A DNA stretch of 64,000 bases, taken from NCBI GenBank assembly GCA_008632985.1, contig QPGO01000177.1:1-64000 (forward strand). The letters are read 5' to 3'. Made by a program: the position numbers and the translations under genes. The notes under the pieces were generated by a model that was given only the letters and a program-made list of their open reading frames with translations, was not told the origin of the DNA and searched no databases. Below are positions 23,102 through 35,814 of this stretch, in pieces. Numbering within the stretch: position 1 is the stretch's first letter; each line of letters begins with the position of its first letter. This DNA comes from Psammoneis japonica (taxonomy: Eukaryota).

Positions 23102-25159
23102 ATGGCGTCTTCTTCCATCATGATGAGGGACGTGGGTCCCCGTGCCAAGTGTGATTCTGTCATTTATGAAGCCGTCGCCAAGGCTTGTGAAATTGTGGTC
23201 TCGTCACGATGTCCTCCAGGCGCCACACGAACGACTCCGTCGTCATCGTCTCGGTTTAATTTGCAAATGCCCGAGTATCCCGATGTGCGCAAAACGCTTG
23301 CTCCTCTCAAGCGCAGTTTGCATGTCCCGCTGAGACTGGATGTATGCTATCAAACAACGAGTGAGAATCATCAAAAACAATTGTTGGAGAGGTGGTGTAT
23401 CGAGTATGCTCCGTGTCATGCCGCGTTTTTTCAGGAAGAGTGCTCGAGTCTCGATCCGTTGGTGCAGTTGCGTCATGTCTGTAAGAAGCTGGTGCTGTGG
23501 TTACGGACACTTTATTGTACCAGTCACTTGTTGCCTTGCAAACGCTCAAACAAGTTACATTTCAGTATCTACGTTAGTGATTCATCGAATCAGGACGCGC
23601 TAGAATTGCAGCGGAATATGCAATTTGCGCAGCACGTGCATTCGTCCGTATACACGCCGTATGGACGATTGGAATTGCAAGTGCTACATGCTCCGCGACA
23701 AGCAGTGGCGCACTTGTTTCCCAAGCAACCCACAGCTCGATGGACGACGGCTGTACAGAATAGCAATGTCAACCGAAAGTCAGCTTCTCGGCCGATTCCA
23801 ACCACCAGACAACCCTGGAACAATAATAGCTCTTCTCCGAACCGTTACCAGATGCGACTGCAGCAGCAACAGCAAGTTGCACCCCAATCGGCACCAGCAC
23901 ATATATCCATTATTCCGAATTATACCGCCAGTCCAAGTCAAAGCAATGGCATAATGCAAGCACCAACACCACCGTCCTCGAGACCGCAAGCGGGACTGCG
24001 GGCCACAAGTTACAAATCGCCCATTGTTGAGCAACGGCATGCTCGACCTGTTGTAACAAGGACGCAGTCGGCCCTGAGCGATCGTGAAATTCAGTATCAA
24101 CAGCCATTACGAGAGGAACCGCAACAACAACAAGACGAAGAAAACAACAAGGGAACAACAAAGCAGAAACGTGTCTTGAGTGGTTTGAGCTTGGCACTCA
24201 TGAATGCCGAAGAAGAACAGCAGCAGCAGCAAGCAACTCCACTACCCTCGTCGACCGAGTTTCAACATTCGTCTCCTCCATCACCCCGTGTGGTGGAACA
24301 GCGTCGTGCAGCACTTCATCACGCTCCTCCTCTCTTGACTGAACATTCTAGTGATTATGGGTATGCTTACAATAACCATATCCCGCAACTGAGCAAGTCT
24401 CCGACCACGAGTGAATTACAGCAGCAGCAGCAGCAGGCAAGTCCCGCCTTGGGAAGCACTCCACCACAGCCCATGTTTTGTGTTGGTAGTACTAGACCAG
24501 CCGCTCCATCACCCCTCTTGATTCCGCCACTCTCCTCGAAAAAGCAAAATAATGAAGCCGGTGTTGCACCCCCCTTTGCGGCTCTCCCCACAACGTTGGG
24601 TGAAACACCCAAGGTGGCACAACAACCCATGGTGTTGTCCAATCCTCCACCACCCCTGGCGGTACCACCACACCAGGGACCACCCATTTCGTCTTTGGAT
24701 TTGTTGCACTCATCACCCTTTCAACAACAAAATTCCATTCTAAGCAGTTTGAGTGGAACGGAACATTTTGCGTCTCAATCCGAAAGTTTGATGCGATCTG
24801 GAATGCAGGCAGCAGACGACTTTTATTATCCACATTATCAACTCGAACAAGATGACATGCCGTTTGCCATTGCCGAACAACAAGCACCACCACAGCAGCA
24901 ACAACCAGAAGATTTGGGTGCATCTGCAGCATTGGCACACAAGTGTGCCACGGCGGGACGGCTCAAACTGTTTGACAGTACGACCATTGTGGTCAAGAAG
25001 AAGAGGAGAAAATCCAATAATAACGATAACGCTGCCATGAATTCCTTGGCGCTGCAATTGGAGGGATTTCGATCCTTTGGAGCATCCCTGACACCCGCCG
25101 CAGGCGATGCCGAGACGGCAACAAGCTCGACATCCACACCCATTTCACTCAAGACGTGA
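23102..25159 (+). CDS. ATG13: Autophagy-related protein 13 (N-terminal HORMA domain, disordered Q/P/S-rich tail)
   Basis: KACEIVVSSR, RFNL, LLERWCIEY, KKLVLWLRTLY...LLP motifs; C-terminal DDMPFA. Confidence 0.85.
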   Translation: MASSSIMMRDVGPRAKCDSVIYEAVAKACEIVVSSRCPPGATRTTPSSSSRFNLQMPEYPDVRKTLAPLKRSLHVPLRLDVCYQTTSENHQKQLLERWCIEYAPCHAAFFQEECSSLDPLVQLRHVCKKLVLWLRTLYCTSHLLPCKRSNKLHFSIYVSDSSNQDALELQRNMQFAQHVHSSVYTPYGRLELQVLHAPRQAVAHLFPKQPTARWTTAVQNSNVNRKSASRPIPTTRQPWNNNSSSPNRYQMRLQQQQQVAPQSAPAHISIIPNYTASPSQSNGIMQAPTPPSSRPQAGLRATSYKSPIVEQRHARPVVTRTQSALSDREIQYQQPLREEPQQQQDEENNKGTTKQKRVLSGLSLALMNAEEEQQQQQATPLPSSTEFQHSSPPSPRVVEQRRAALHHAPPLLTEHSSDYGYAYNNHIPQLSKSPTTSELQQQQQQASPALGSTPPQPMFCVGSTRPAAPSPLLIPPLSSKKQNNEAGVAPPFAALPTTLGETPKVAQQPMVLSNPPPPLAVPPHQGPPISSLDLLHSSPFQQQNSILSSLSGTEHFASQSESLMRSGMQAADDFYYPHYQLEQDDMPFAIAEQQAPPQQQQPEDLGASAALAHKCATAGRLKLFDSTTIVVKKKRRKSNNNDNAAMNSLALQLEGFRSFGASLTPAAGDAETATSSTSTPISLKT

Positions 25160-25944
25160 CTTTTTAATTTTTGTGCATGAAATGAATATAGTTGAAAAAC
25201 GAGAGTTAATCTTGTATCGATCGATAATGGAACAAGTAATAATGTCTACTGGATGCTGTCTCAACCTACTTGATATATTGCGACACAGCAAAACTTGTAG
25301 CGAACACAACAAGACGGAGGCAGCGACAGTAAACAGTAGGAACAGTGCAAGCGAATCAATCTAAACTCGATACTCATAAAGTTGAGCGGGGCGAGTTGGT
25401 ATAACACCTACTGGCACTACAATACGGCGAAAGAGTAAATCAATGGATCACCCACCACTATAGCAGCATCAAAGATCAAGTATGATTAGCAAGTGATTAG
25501 TTCGAGGTCTCCGTAAGAAATAAAAGCACTTTCGAGAATAAAGCGTTTTCTTGGTTGTGCTCCCATGTTGTTGGTGACTGTAGAAAAGACTGCGCATTGG
25601 ACGGATGGGTCGGCTACGTATGGAAACGAAAAAGTCCATGTTGTGTGTACCGGTGTCTAAACCGAGGCATTATACTTCTGCAAGTACGAAACAGCAAATG
25701 CATTACAACAAGAGCCACTTTCAAGATTGAGTGGAGGATTTTTCTTTTCGTCGGTCAATCAAAACGAAACAAGAAGCAAGTAGTGATTTGAGTCGTGCGC
25801 TTTCTTGTGTCCCACTGAGATAAAGACTCGAGAGACGTGCACCTGATAAGCGAGCACCTGATAAGCGAGCCCCTCTTGTAGCTTTCGTGATAGTGTATCA
25901 AAGAAGCTACTGTATTGTGGACAATAATCGGCAAACTGTTGTTG

Positions 25945-26493
25945 TTATTGCATACCGGTGCCGGACGAAGCCCTAAATCTCTTCTCCGCTGCGACCTTGA
26001 CGTCATTCACTTCCGACTCCATATACGTCTTTCCATACTTTAAAATACAGCACCCACACAGACTCAGCAAGAAGCGCCCCCAACAAGAGGAGGATGAATA
26101 GGCAAACGACAAAATAATTTCACAAGAGGTTTTGCTCAGGGGTTGAAATATCAGTGTCGCGGTCTCGGCATCATTGTTGGTCCACCACATTAGATTGCTT
26201 GAATTCTTATTGTCCAGAGTCACACTGATACAACATGATTCTTTTTCAACAACTTCTGTAATTGTCTTGGTCATGACAATGGTGTGTCCCTGAAACTGCC
26301 GTGTCTCTTTCCATCGGCATCCGACTTGAACTTTTTCGTAGCCGGCAACTCGTTCGACCGACTGAATGTTGGCAAAGATTTCGGGATAGTCATCAATTTG
26401 TAACAACATGTCCCATACAAAATCTGCAGGTGTTTGAATCTCGGTCGTAACAGCCGCCGACATGGACGGATAAGAGGACATGTTGGAGCCCAT
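25945..26493 (-). CDS. SRPBCC/polyketide cyclase (START-like) protein
   Basis: EIQTPADFVWDML..IDDYP....IQSVE, VGCRWKETR. Confidence 0.8.
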   Translation of the reverse strand: MGSNMSSYPSMSAAVTTEIQTPADFVWDMLLQIDDYPEIFANIQSVERVAGYEKVQVGCRWKETRQFQGHTIVMTKTITEVVEKESCCISVTLDNKNSSNLMWWTNNDAETATLIFQPLSKTSCEIILSFAYSSSSCWGRFLLSLCGCCILKYGKTYMESEVNDVKVAAEKRFRASSGTGMQ

Positions 26494-26759
26494 GATGCTT
26501 TTTTGTTGCTAATATTTGACAATATATAAGGTCTTATGTCGACAGCGGCCAGCTATGAATAGAGCGATGCTCATCGCCCGACTGCGAATGCTCGATCTCC
26601 CTCTCACCAGGGAGAGGAAAATATTTCCGATTTCATATTTATACAGGCCTTAATTTTAAATTTATAAAAACCAATAATAAATACAGTACTGTAGACGCAA
26701 ATTGAATCCCCTCGCCGGTGATGATTGATCGATGATCACAAATTTGACCGCACCCCCCT

Positions 26760-28087
26760 CTACGTTTCAGAAGTATCATTGTCAGTCTCCCGAGATCCAT
26801 TTGTTGGCAAAGCCTTCTTGCTGTTACCGTCAAGCATATCAAGTGTTAAAAGTCCTTCAAAGTCGTTTCCAAAGATTTTGGATAGATACGAGTTGACCCA
26901 ATCCACTTTTAGTTTTTCGCTGTCATCTTTACGAACCACTTGGATTTGATGCTTGCCTCCTTCAACCATGGCTGAAAAATCATTCTCCACGGTAATTCCT
27001 TGATTTAAACCAATCTCGGCAATGCATCGGCCCGTCCGGTCGGCCGAGACCGAATCCGACTTTGCAATGTCGTCCGCCACGGACTGTCCCATTTTCCAGG
27101 CAAACTCGCCCGCTTTGGGTATGGTCAAGTCCTTGTCCATTTCGACACGACAACAATCTCCAATGGCATAGCTATTGGGGAGATTTGGAATCTTGTTTGT
27201 AACGCAGTCCTGGATATCGACCGATCCGTCCACAATATGGTTTGGAATGGCGTTTCGTACAAAGTCGGGAGCTTGAATCGGATAAATGGCCCAAATCAAA
27301 TCCGCTTGAATGGTGTTTCCATTCTTGTAGAGAATGACCGACTCGTCAGAAATGGATTCCATTTCATGGTTGCCTCGAAACTCAATACCTCGTTCCTTCA
27401 TGGCATCGTCAAAGGTGGGTTTGGTCGATAACGGCATGGGCCAATCCTTGGGGCACGTGATTATGAATTTGCATTTTTCCCTCACACCCGCCTTGAGGCT
27501 TGTTCTTCCAATAAAAAGGTCAACTCAAAGGGTGCCACGGGACACTTGAATGGACACGCTCCAATGGCCAATACAAACACCACTGCACTACTCGTAGTCT
27601 TGGCGGCGGCAGATGCTACAAAGTCGGCAGCCTCGGTGGTTTGACGATCCAACGAATCAAACGTACAAATATTGACGTGATTTTGTATTCCGGAATGGGT
27701 GTTGGATCCGTCACGACTCCACAAGCCAATACAATAGAATCATACTGCAGTGTCGTTTCATTGTGGTCGTTCTTGTTTATGAGTGTCACGGCCTTTTCAT
27801 TGGGACGCCATTCCGTCACGGTCGTGTTGAGTTTGACCTCGACATTGTTTTTTGTTTTCAAATTGGACCTTGTTCAAATCAAACACAATATTTCTAATTT
27901 CAATCGATGATTCCAAACAAATTGCCACAATCCACCAATGGTAAAGGTGTCGCCCTTGTTTACTAGAATGATCTGAAATTGTTGTTCTGCTTTTTGGAGA
28001 CGCAACGCGGTAGCAAGACCACCAAAACCGGCACCAATCACAGCACCACGGAAGGTTGCGGGATATTTCGTCCGAGGATCGTTTCAT
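26760..28087 (-). CDS. Sulfide:quinone oxidoreductase/FCSD-like FAD-dependent oxidoreductase, broken by several frameshifts (assembly error or pseudogene)
   Basis: AVIGAGFGG, YDSIVLACG, PFKCPVAPFE, YAIGD, PKAGEFA distributed across different frames. Confidence 0.75.
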
Positions 28088-28422
28088 ACTATTAAAATGT
28101 GGACAATATATGCAGTGTTGTTTCTCAAGCAAGCAGAGAGCAGTGGACAACTATGGTTTTAGCTGTTAAGGTTGCCTTTTCGTCTGCAGCAAATGAGTCA
28201 GTGTCGTCGTCAAAAGCCGCAGAAACGGCAGGTAAAGCGGAGCGACAAACAGACCGTCAAGTTTTCTACGTAATTTTGTACCACGTTCTACGACAATTTG
28301 GAATTTTCGATTTTCCCTCCGACAACCGACAACCTCGCAACGCGATGACAACCGCACAAAAAATCGCCGACGAATAGACCGCCATGGCAATCATGGTGCT
28401 GTCGTAGTGTGCGATTGACAGC

Positions 28423-29885
28423 ATGTCCATCATTATCAGTCTCCTGTTATCATTCATGATTGGATACTGTTTTTTGAAATCAGCAGATGCATTCGTTGTT
28501 CCAATGAGGTCGAAAAAGAGTTTGCGCTTGTTTGCTTCTACTCAACCTACCCAAAAAGAGTCGCCATTGTCGGTGGTGGACTAGCGGGTCTGTCTGTGGC
28601 TCATCATTTGATTGTCAACGGTAAAGGCAATGTGAGTGTCACAATTTTCGATCAAGCTCCCGTGGGGACAGGAGGTGCCTCGGCGGTTGCGGGAGGGTAC
28701 GTTCTGAATTGTTCTTTTTTAACGCATTATTGTTCTGTGATGATTATCTATATTTGCTACTCCTCATTGAGCCACGCTCATGACGACAGTTTTTATCACC
28801 AAGATCTCTGAGAACAAAAACACGAAACTTTCGTATTTTTTCGCAGTGCATGTGATTGTTGAGCATATCTCTTCTCACGCACTTTGTTATATCGCTTCTC
28901 CTCTGTCAGCCTCTTGCATCCGTTTTCTCCACGCGGCAAACTGGTTCACTGGGGTATGCAAGGCTTGCAGTCCACCACGGATTTGATTGGGTATGCTTCT
29001 CGATATGAACCCAACTGTGTTTTGAGAGATTGTCTCTATCGAATTGCAAAGACTTCCAAGCAAGCCGAGCAGCTCCAAGAAACGTGTCTTTTGCATCCAG
29101 ACGTTTGCAAGTGGCAATCTCCAGACGATATAAAACAAGCCACAAATGTCAGAGATTCCATGGGAGGGATCTTGCTCGAATGTGGTAAGGTAATAGATGT
29201 ACCATTGTATCTGCAAGGGTTATGGAAGTCTTGTGTGAATCTGTCCAATGGGACTGCCGAGTGGGTATTGCTTGATAATAACGCGAAAGAAGCAAGTTCC
29301 TACGAGGAGGCGATACTAGATTTCGATACCGTGGTCTTGTGTGCTGGTGCAGGACTGTTTCAAAAGAATGGTACCCTCTTGGATGAATCACTTGCAAGTT
29401 CGTTGCCGATACAACTTGTGCGTGGACAGTCGTTAATCATGTCGTCGTCGTCCAATCATGATTCTTTTCCTCATAATGCCATCTTGTGTGGAAAGTACAT
29501 GGCACCCATGAGCGAACCAAACAAGGTCTTGGTTGGAGCGACACATGAATTTGCACAAGAACCTTGGGACCAATCCAAGGTACAGTCCGACTTGCAAGAG
29601 CGTTGTATTGCTCCTTTTGGCTTTTGGCAAGACGCCAAAGTGGAACAAGTGACGAATGGTTATCGGGTTCGATCCAACCGTGGTAAATTCGGTAGAATAC
29701 CCATTGTTGGAAAACTCAAAAAGGACGACGATACTTGGATCTTTACGGGTCTCAGTAGTCGCGGGTTGTTACACCATGGGCTGTATGGGGAAATCTTGGC
29801 GAATGCCATCCTGGGATTAGATTCTCTTGATAAGGAAGAGTATAGCCATTTGCGGTGGTGGCGTGATACTGTAGAACGAGAGTAA
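28423..29885 (+). CDS. FAD-dependent oxidoreductase (DAO/glycine oxidase-like), probably plastid-targeted; intron 28697-28909, 1-nt frameshift in an A-run at ~28555
   Basis: Signal peptide ending ADA-FVVP; VAIVGGGLAG; GGASAVAGG/LLHP joined by a GT-AG intron; VRGQ, VGATHE, TGLSSRG. Confidence 0.8.
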
Positions 29886-29954
29886 TTCGACTGAGTCGAA
29901 TGCTGGCGGTTCCCCCGATACAGGACCTCTTGCTTCTGCCTCCCTCTACGGTGT

Positions 29955-31177
29955 CTAGGATCGCCCAATGGTGTTGAATATGTCGTAGACAGATGCAGCG
30001 GCTCCAATGACACCAGAGACAATGCCAATGAAAAGCAACATGTATTCGAGCATTCGCTTGGCTGTCGCTCCTTCCGTGAAATGCAGTGCCAACAAGGAAG
30101 GAATGATCAATGCCGTGATGGCACCTGCAATCCCTCCTGCCAGCCCAATGAGTTGGGTGACATTGGGTATCACCGCAGCAACTATAACCGTCGCTGATAC
30201 TAGCGATAATCGCAAAATAGGCGTGTCGTAAGGTCCATACGCCAGCTCCCCTCCCCACCAATGTTCCGTTTCTATCGGCGGTTCCAAGGAATCATGCACT
30301 TGCATGCTTCTCAACATGGCTTGACACCACAATTCAATGCTAGGAAAAATGCTCAAGGCATATGTAAGCAAAATAGCGGCACTTGCAAGTAAATTGGCGA
30401 CAACCACCAGGACGTAACCATTGTATTCATCCGCGCGAGACATTAAAAAGGACGTAATGCTGCCCGAATCAACCTGTCCAAGAACCCAGACGCAGGAACC
30501 ACCAATCAAAGCATAAAGCACTGTGATTACGACGTAGGTGTATGTGAAGAGTGAAGTAAAGGGCGTTCGATCAATCATGCTTGCTTCGAGAGGAAGGACA
30601 ATGCAAATGCCTTCAAACGCGTACAGAATACCGCAAATCGCAATTGGCAATTGACTCCAGGTCACACTCGTCAGCACCTCTACCGAGCCATTGTAGTAGT
30701 TTTCGCCCAAAAGCACAGCCAAAAGTATCAAGGCTCCCATGAAAATTCCCATGCTGCAACCTGCAACCATCAACCATACCGTACCGCATCGACTCACCCA
30801 TCACAATAAAACACAGCCTCCACAACCCCAACTAAACGATAATGAAGGTGGTAGGAGTCAGCGCCTTGGCGGTGCAACTGTTTCTGTGGACCCCCTCGGC
30901 TTCTCAGGCTTTTGTCGTCGGATTCCTCCCGNTCTGTAATATCATTATCCGCTTCCATCATGATTCCAGTCTTATTTTCTTGTAATTCGATTTTATCTCG
31001 CGCCATCAGATCGGTTACTTCTTCCGCCATGATGCTTCCATAATCGTTGTTGCTCTCGTCTCGCAAAGCCGCGTTTGACGACTCCCGTCCTGAAACGCTT
31101 GTTCCTGGCTCTCGTTGATCCTTCTGATCCCGTCTTCGCCTTATCGGGCAAGTAAGCCATTTTATTGGTTTTGCCAT
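29955..31177 (-). CDS. Amino-acid transporter (Aa_trans/SLC36-like); middle missing at the N gap
   Basis: GILYAFEGICIVLPLEASM, GSIT, IGLAGG...ALIIP and several TM helices; hydrophilic N-terminus beyond the N at 30932. Confidence 0.8.
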
Positions 31178-31514
31178 GGTCAAATCGAGAAGATAGAGCA
31201 ACTATAAGCTATAAGAGAGCCATAGTTTAGGTGGTGGTGGTGGGAATGGTAGGTAATAGGTGGCCGTTCTCAGTTGTTCTCATCCCCGTTGCCCATTTCA
31301 CATTCCACTTCGCAGAAGAAAAAACCTCAAAACGGATTCGATTAATCCGACTCAACCGACATGAAGCACACAAAAAAGATTCGTCATGCGATCACCTCAA
31401 AGCTTGCAGTTTAGTTGTAGTAGTGCTGCAACCTGCAACCATCAACCATACCGTACCGCATCGACTCACCCATCACAATAAAACACAGCCTCCACAACCC
31501 CAACTAACCCGATA

Positions 31515-32533
31515 ATGAAGGTGGTAGGAGTCAGCGCCTTGGCGGTGCAACTGTTTCTGTGGACCCCCTCGGCTTCTCAGGCTTTTGTCGTCGGATTCCT
31601 CCCGACGACCACGAGCCTGATCAGGAGGGCGAGTAGTACTAGCGAGATTCCATTGCTGTTTGCTGCAACGGATGAGCCAAAAAATGAGGTGTTGGGGGGA
31701 ACAGTCGAAGAGGAACCAAAGTGTTTGATTGGAAGGCGATCCATATTGACGCTGCCCTTTCAAGCCACTCTCATTGAGCAAATCTTGTCCTGTAGTCCAG
31801 CCAAGGCGGCAAGTGACGGATTTTTACCGTCAACGATGATTCAGGGGACTGCGGACGTAAACGACCTGCTGGAAGACAATGGCTTTCTTCCTGGCTTTTA
31901 TGGCATTATCCCTGCTATTTCGCTGGAGCAGAAACTCTACGAGTTGTCCCAACGTCTCCCTAAAAGACCTTCGAATCCGGTTAAGCTTCAGAACAACCCT
32001 GGTGGTGGAGACTGTGCATTCTATTCCATTGTCATTTCATTGGTTCACGAAAACCTGGGAGTCACGATACGATATCCAAATCATCTGGAAAGGTTACGAT
32101 ATGCTTCTTGGGACCTCCGTCAGAAAGCTGTGCGCCGTCTTAGCCAACAAGACTTACCCATCTATTTATGGGGGAACGAATACATGGGAACAGGACAGCT
32201 ACTGGAGGCAGCAGCCCACCACCATGGATTGAGCGCCTTGGAATACCTCGGTTGGATGGAGCAACCCCATGTGTGGGGCGGCGGACCCGAGTTTGTAGCA
32301 TTGTCCAATGTACTTGAGCAACCCATTCATATCTATAATTTGGTATCTATGACTGACGGGTCTTTTGCATTGGACAGAGTCGCTGCCTGTGGAAGTCCTC
32401 GGTGGGATGACAAACAAGCCCTTCACGTCCTGTGTGGTGATGGTCGTTTCCAAACATTGAACCAGGGGAGGAACTGAGAGTTGGGGATCATTTTTGGACC
32501 GTATTTCCTGACTGGGAATCCACGGAAATCTGA
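31515..32533 (+). CDS. OTU-like cysteine protease with signal peptide + AF leader; 1-nt frameshift at ~32450
   Basis: PGGGDCAFYS, WGGGPEFVALSNVL..PIHIY; His motif GDHF lies in the adjacent frame, which ends at 32533. Confidence 0.75.
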
Positions 32534-33280
32534 GAGCGAGACAGCGGTTAGCACTGATTAGGTGGGGATCCGCTATGGTTGTCATCTCCTCAACCGGATC
32601 TGGGTTTGGGATGTCTCTGGTTGGGAGTTTCGAGTTGGCCACCACATTACAACTTAGTGTCTCCAAGTTACTACGTGTCGAATCTATGTCCTAATCCATG
32701 CGGCACTTATGTCTGCTTGGTCCCAGATTGCATAGAGTTCCACGCTTGAGTTGATTCTGCCATGAGTTGTAAAAGATCTCTCTCGCCAACTCCAGGATGC
32801 CAGTGAGGGGATCAATGAGGCTAAGGTATTCGCCAGCTCTCTGCATACGACATCATAAATGAGGGAACGAATGAGAGAGGCCAAAGCTTCGCTGTGAAGG
32901 CCTTGTCAGAGCTGCTCTTGGTATTGCTGAAGACCGTCAAAACAACCGATTGTAAGATTCTGTCAATGTGTGCAATTGATATACTTAATTCTTAGAATGT
33001 TAAAGAGTAGAATGTTGAACTTTCTCCTTCGGGATGTCCCAGGTGTGCCCGTTTCAGATTGCTCCCTTCTTTTCCCGTCATGACGGCGGCGCTCGTTCTC
33101 TCTAGAAAAGCCCTACTAGTAGAGGGCCCTATGCAGTAAGTAGCAAAGCAACCAACCGATAACAAAACAATAATAACGATCCACAATGGCACACATTTAA
33201 TTTTTAAAAGCAACATAGTGTAGTCACTCTATGGCTAGAGCACTATCTGTCATGGCATGCAATGCGCATCAAAATATCGG

Positions 33281-35071
33281 CTAGCCAGCCGTCAGAGACA
33301 TCAACGTCAAGATGGTACCCTTATTAATCACACCGGCCGTCAAAAATCCTCCAGCCATTGCTCCCCCAATTCCACAGAAAGCGACATCCTGACCTGACAA
33401 ATACAGGTTCCTAATGGGGGTCACCGGGCGAAGCCATGATTGCTGAAAGCGAGCCGGGGTGTGTCCGAGTCCGTAAACGGCACCTCGATGAGTGCCAAGG
33501 TAAAAGTCGTTGCTCACGGCAGTGCCAATGTCGGTGAAGCGAATTTTCGATTCCAAATGAGGAAACTGCCTCAAGAAAATTTTCATCATGGCGTCTTGCC
33601 ACTTTGCTTTTTTCGCCTCGTATTCCTCGCCACGATGCTTTACTCGGCCCGAGCTAAACTCGGCAACGTCTTCAAACCGACTCGGAGCAATTACGAGTGC
33701 CACTTGCTTGTTTGGGTGGCGTTCACTGAACGACGGGTCTTTTGCGGATGAAAAGGAAATGAAAACAGCTGGCATGTTGGAGGTATCCTCTTCATAGGCT
33801 TTCCAGTTGGCTTCGTGATCCCAGCTAGGAAACACCCAGAAGTTCTGCTTTGTTAGCTGCAACTCCTCTGCCGTGCCTTCCATACCAACAAATAATGACA
33901 TTAAGGAAACTTTGGACATTAAATCCTCTTGTTGACCACACTGGGATTCTTTAGATAAGCAATCCTGAAAGTCTTTGGGAATTAACTGGTTGTACGTCAG
34001 TGGAGCCCCGACAGTGCTCACAACCACGGGGGCTAGAATCTTCTTCCCTTTCACTTCAACTCCAATTGCTTTTTTATTGTCATCAACTAGAATCGATGAC
34101 ACCGGAGCTCGAACCAACACTTTACCGCCTGACTTTTCAATGATTGGGACAATGCTTCTCGCAATCATAGATGGTCCGCCCACAGGATAATAGGCCCCAT
34201 CCTGAAAGTGGTTCCACAATGTGGCATGAACCAAGAATGAGCCCCGACTTGGCCTTTCTCCATAGTCGCCATAATGATAACTTAACAAGCCCTTGAGCTT
34301 TTCATTGGAAGTGAGTGACTCGAGCACGTCTTGAGCCGTTTGTCGAAACATGGGCAGGCGTGTCGTGATGAACCCGTGAATCAAATCGCCCAGAGCTCGA
34401 GGTAAAACCCTCAAGAGACAGAATACGGGAAGTCCGATTAGTTCGGCACGGCGCAAAAGACGAAAATGATTGTCAATAGCCTTTGTATCATTGGGAAATT
34501 CTTCCTTCAACTTTGGTATCAAGTTGGACCACCCGGAAGGTACGCTGAACGTCTCGTCCTTTGATGGATCATGCTTGGAATGAACAACTGCCACGTCGTA
34601 CTCCTCATCCATTTCTGCCCACTCCACATTATTGTTGGTGATATAGTCAAACCGGCGTCGGGCATCCGACGAAAAGTTGAACCAGCGCTTTCGTTGTTTG
34701 CCCATGCCTCCAATATAATGCAACCCGGTATCGAATTCGTATCCCATTTCTTCAAACGTGTGCGTGTTACCTCCCACAACATCGTGTTGCTCCAGAATCA
34801 AGACTCTTTTGCCTTCCTTGGCCATGATGGATCCTAGTGACATTCCTCCCATTCCAGAACCGATAATAATCATGTCAAGTTCGGTTGGTACCTTTCTCAT
34901 GGAGAATCCCTGCTTGACACACTCTTTCGACCCGAGCTCGGTAGGCCCGAATCTGTCTTTTCTTTTCCGAATAAAGTACCATAATGTTGTTGAAGTGAGA
35001 GTAACAGCGGTGGAAACAAACAACGCGCTGTTGATCCTTCCCTGTGAAGAGGAAGAGGAGATGAACGCCAT
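33281..35071 (-). CDS. All-trans-retinol 13,14-reductase (RetSat)-like / phytoene desaturase family flavoprotein
   Basis: IIGSGMGG, LEQHDVVGGNTHTF, FDTGLHYIG, GAYYPVGG, TPIRNLYLSGQD. Confidence 0.9.
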   Translation of the reverse strand: MAFISSSSSQGRINSALFVSTAVTLTSTTLWYFIRKRKDRFGPTELGSKECVKQGFSMRKVPTELDMIIIGSGMGGMSLGSIMAKEGKRVLILEQHDVVGGNTHTFEEMGYEFDTGLHYIGGMGKQRKRWFNFSSDARRRFDYITNNNVEWAEMDEEYDVAVVHSKHDPSKDETFSVPSGWSNLIPKLKEEFPNDTKAIDNHFRLLRRAELIGLPVFCLLRVLPRALGDLIHGFITTRLPMFRQTAQDVLESLTSNEKLKGLLSYHYGDYGERPSRGSFLVHATLWNHFQDGAYYPVGGPSMIARSIVPIIEKSGGKVLVRAPVSSILVDDNKKAIGVEVKGKKILAPVVVSTVGAPLTYNQLIPKDFQDCLSKESQCGQQEDLMSKVSLMSLFVGMEGTAEELQLTKQNFWVFPSWDHEANWKAYEEDTSNMPAVFISFSSAKDPSFSERHPNKQVALVIAPSRFEDVAEFSSGRVKHRGEEYEAKKAKWQDAMMKIFLRQFPHLESKIRFTDIGTAVSNDFYLGTHRGAVYGLGHTPARFQQSWLRPVTPIRNLYLSGQDVAFCGIGGAMAGGFLTAGVINKGTILTLMSLTAG

Positions 35072-35814
35072 GGTGTTGCGTTGATTGTGATGCTGTCAAA
35101 CTGGAAAGAAAACTCTCAACGCTAACGGACTCAACGGTCCAGCCGTTATTTTTAAAAATTACAGTATGTTAGCGAATGAATCATAAAGATTGATGGCATT
35201 TTCAGTCTTGTTTAGTAAGAAGCATGATCACCTCGACGACTTTGCACCTTGTGTAGTAGAAACGAGGAGCTGCAGAGTCTTCTACTGTATTCAATCGAAC
35301 AAGCGCATTTCGAAGGAAGCCAAAGACAGCGGTAAAGCGCCCGGCGTTCCAAAATTCCAAGAGCAATTGTGAAATGGAATCGACACGTGCGCGTCCGAAA
35401 GGAAACGTGCTTGACAACAGCCCATGCGACAAGCATTTCTGGATCATGCTTCATTGCGCCCCTGCAATGAACAGTGGAATAAAGTGTAAAAGGTATACAG
35501 TGATTAAATATGAAAAGCGTGTTTTCCTTCTCCATGCACACTTTATGGGCACAGAATGAGGCTACCAATGCCTCAGAACAAGCAACAGCGTTGCACCCAA
35601 GGCCCGTGGTATTCACGAATAAATCAGCGTTAGGCAACCGTCCAGCCGTACACCGTGCCAGAGTCATTTGCGTAATAGATCTCTGCAGTCACTCCGTCAA
35701 AATCCAGGGGATGCCGCAAAGTAGTCTGTTCCATCAGCCGTATCTTGGTGGAGTGGATAATGGCAGGGTCAGACTCGGTACTCTCGTCATGAGAAAGCAC
35801 AGCTCTCATAAGCA

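Noticed and set aside
30752..30932. ~180 bp duplicate of 31424-31603 inside the transporter gene
   Set aside because: Ends exactly at the single N gap and replaces missing transporter sequence; most likely a contig-end or scaffolding artefact
26760..32533. Cluster of single-base frameshifts in otherwise intact genes as programmed frameshifting or editing
   Set aside because: Those examined fall in short homopolymers near the gap; low-quality consensus is more parsimonious
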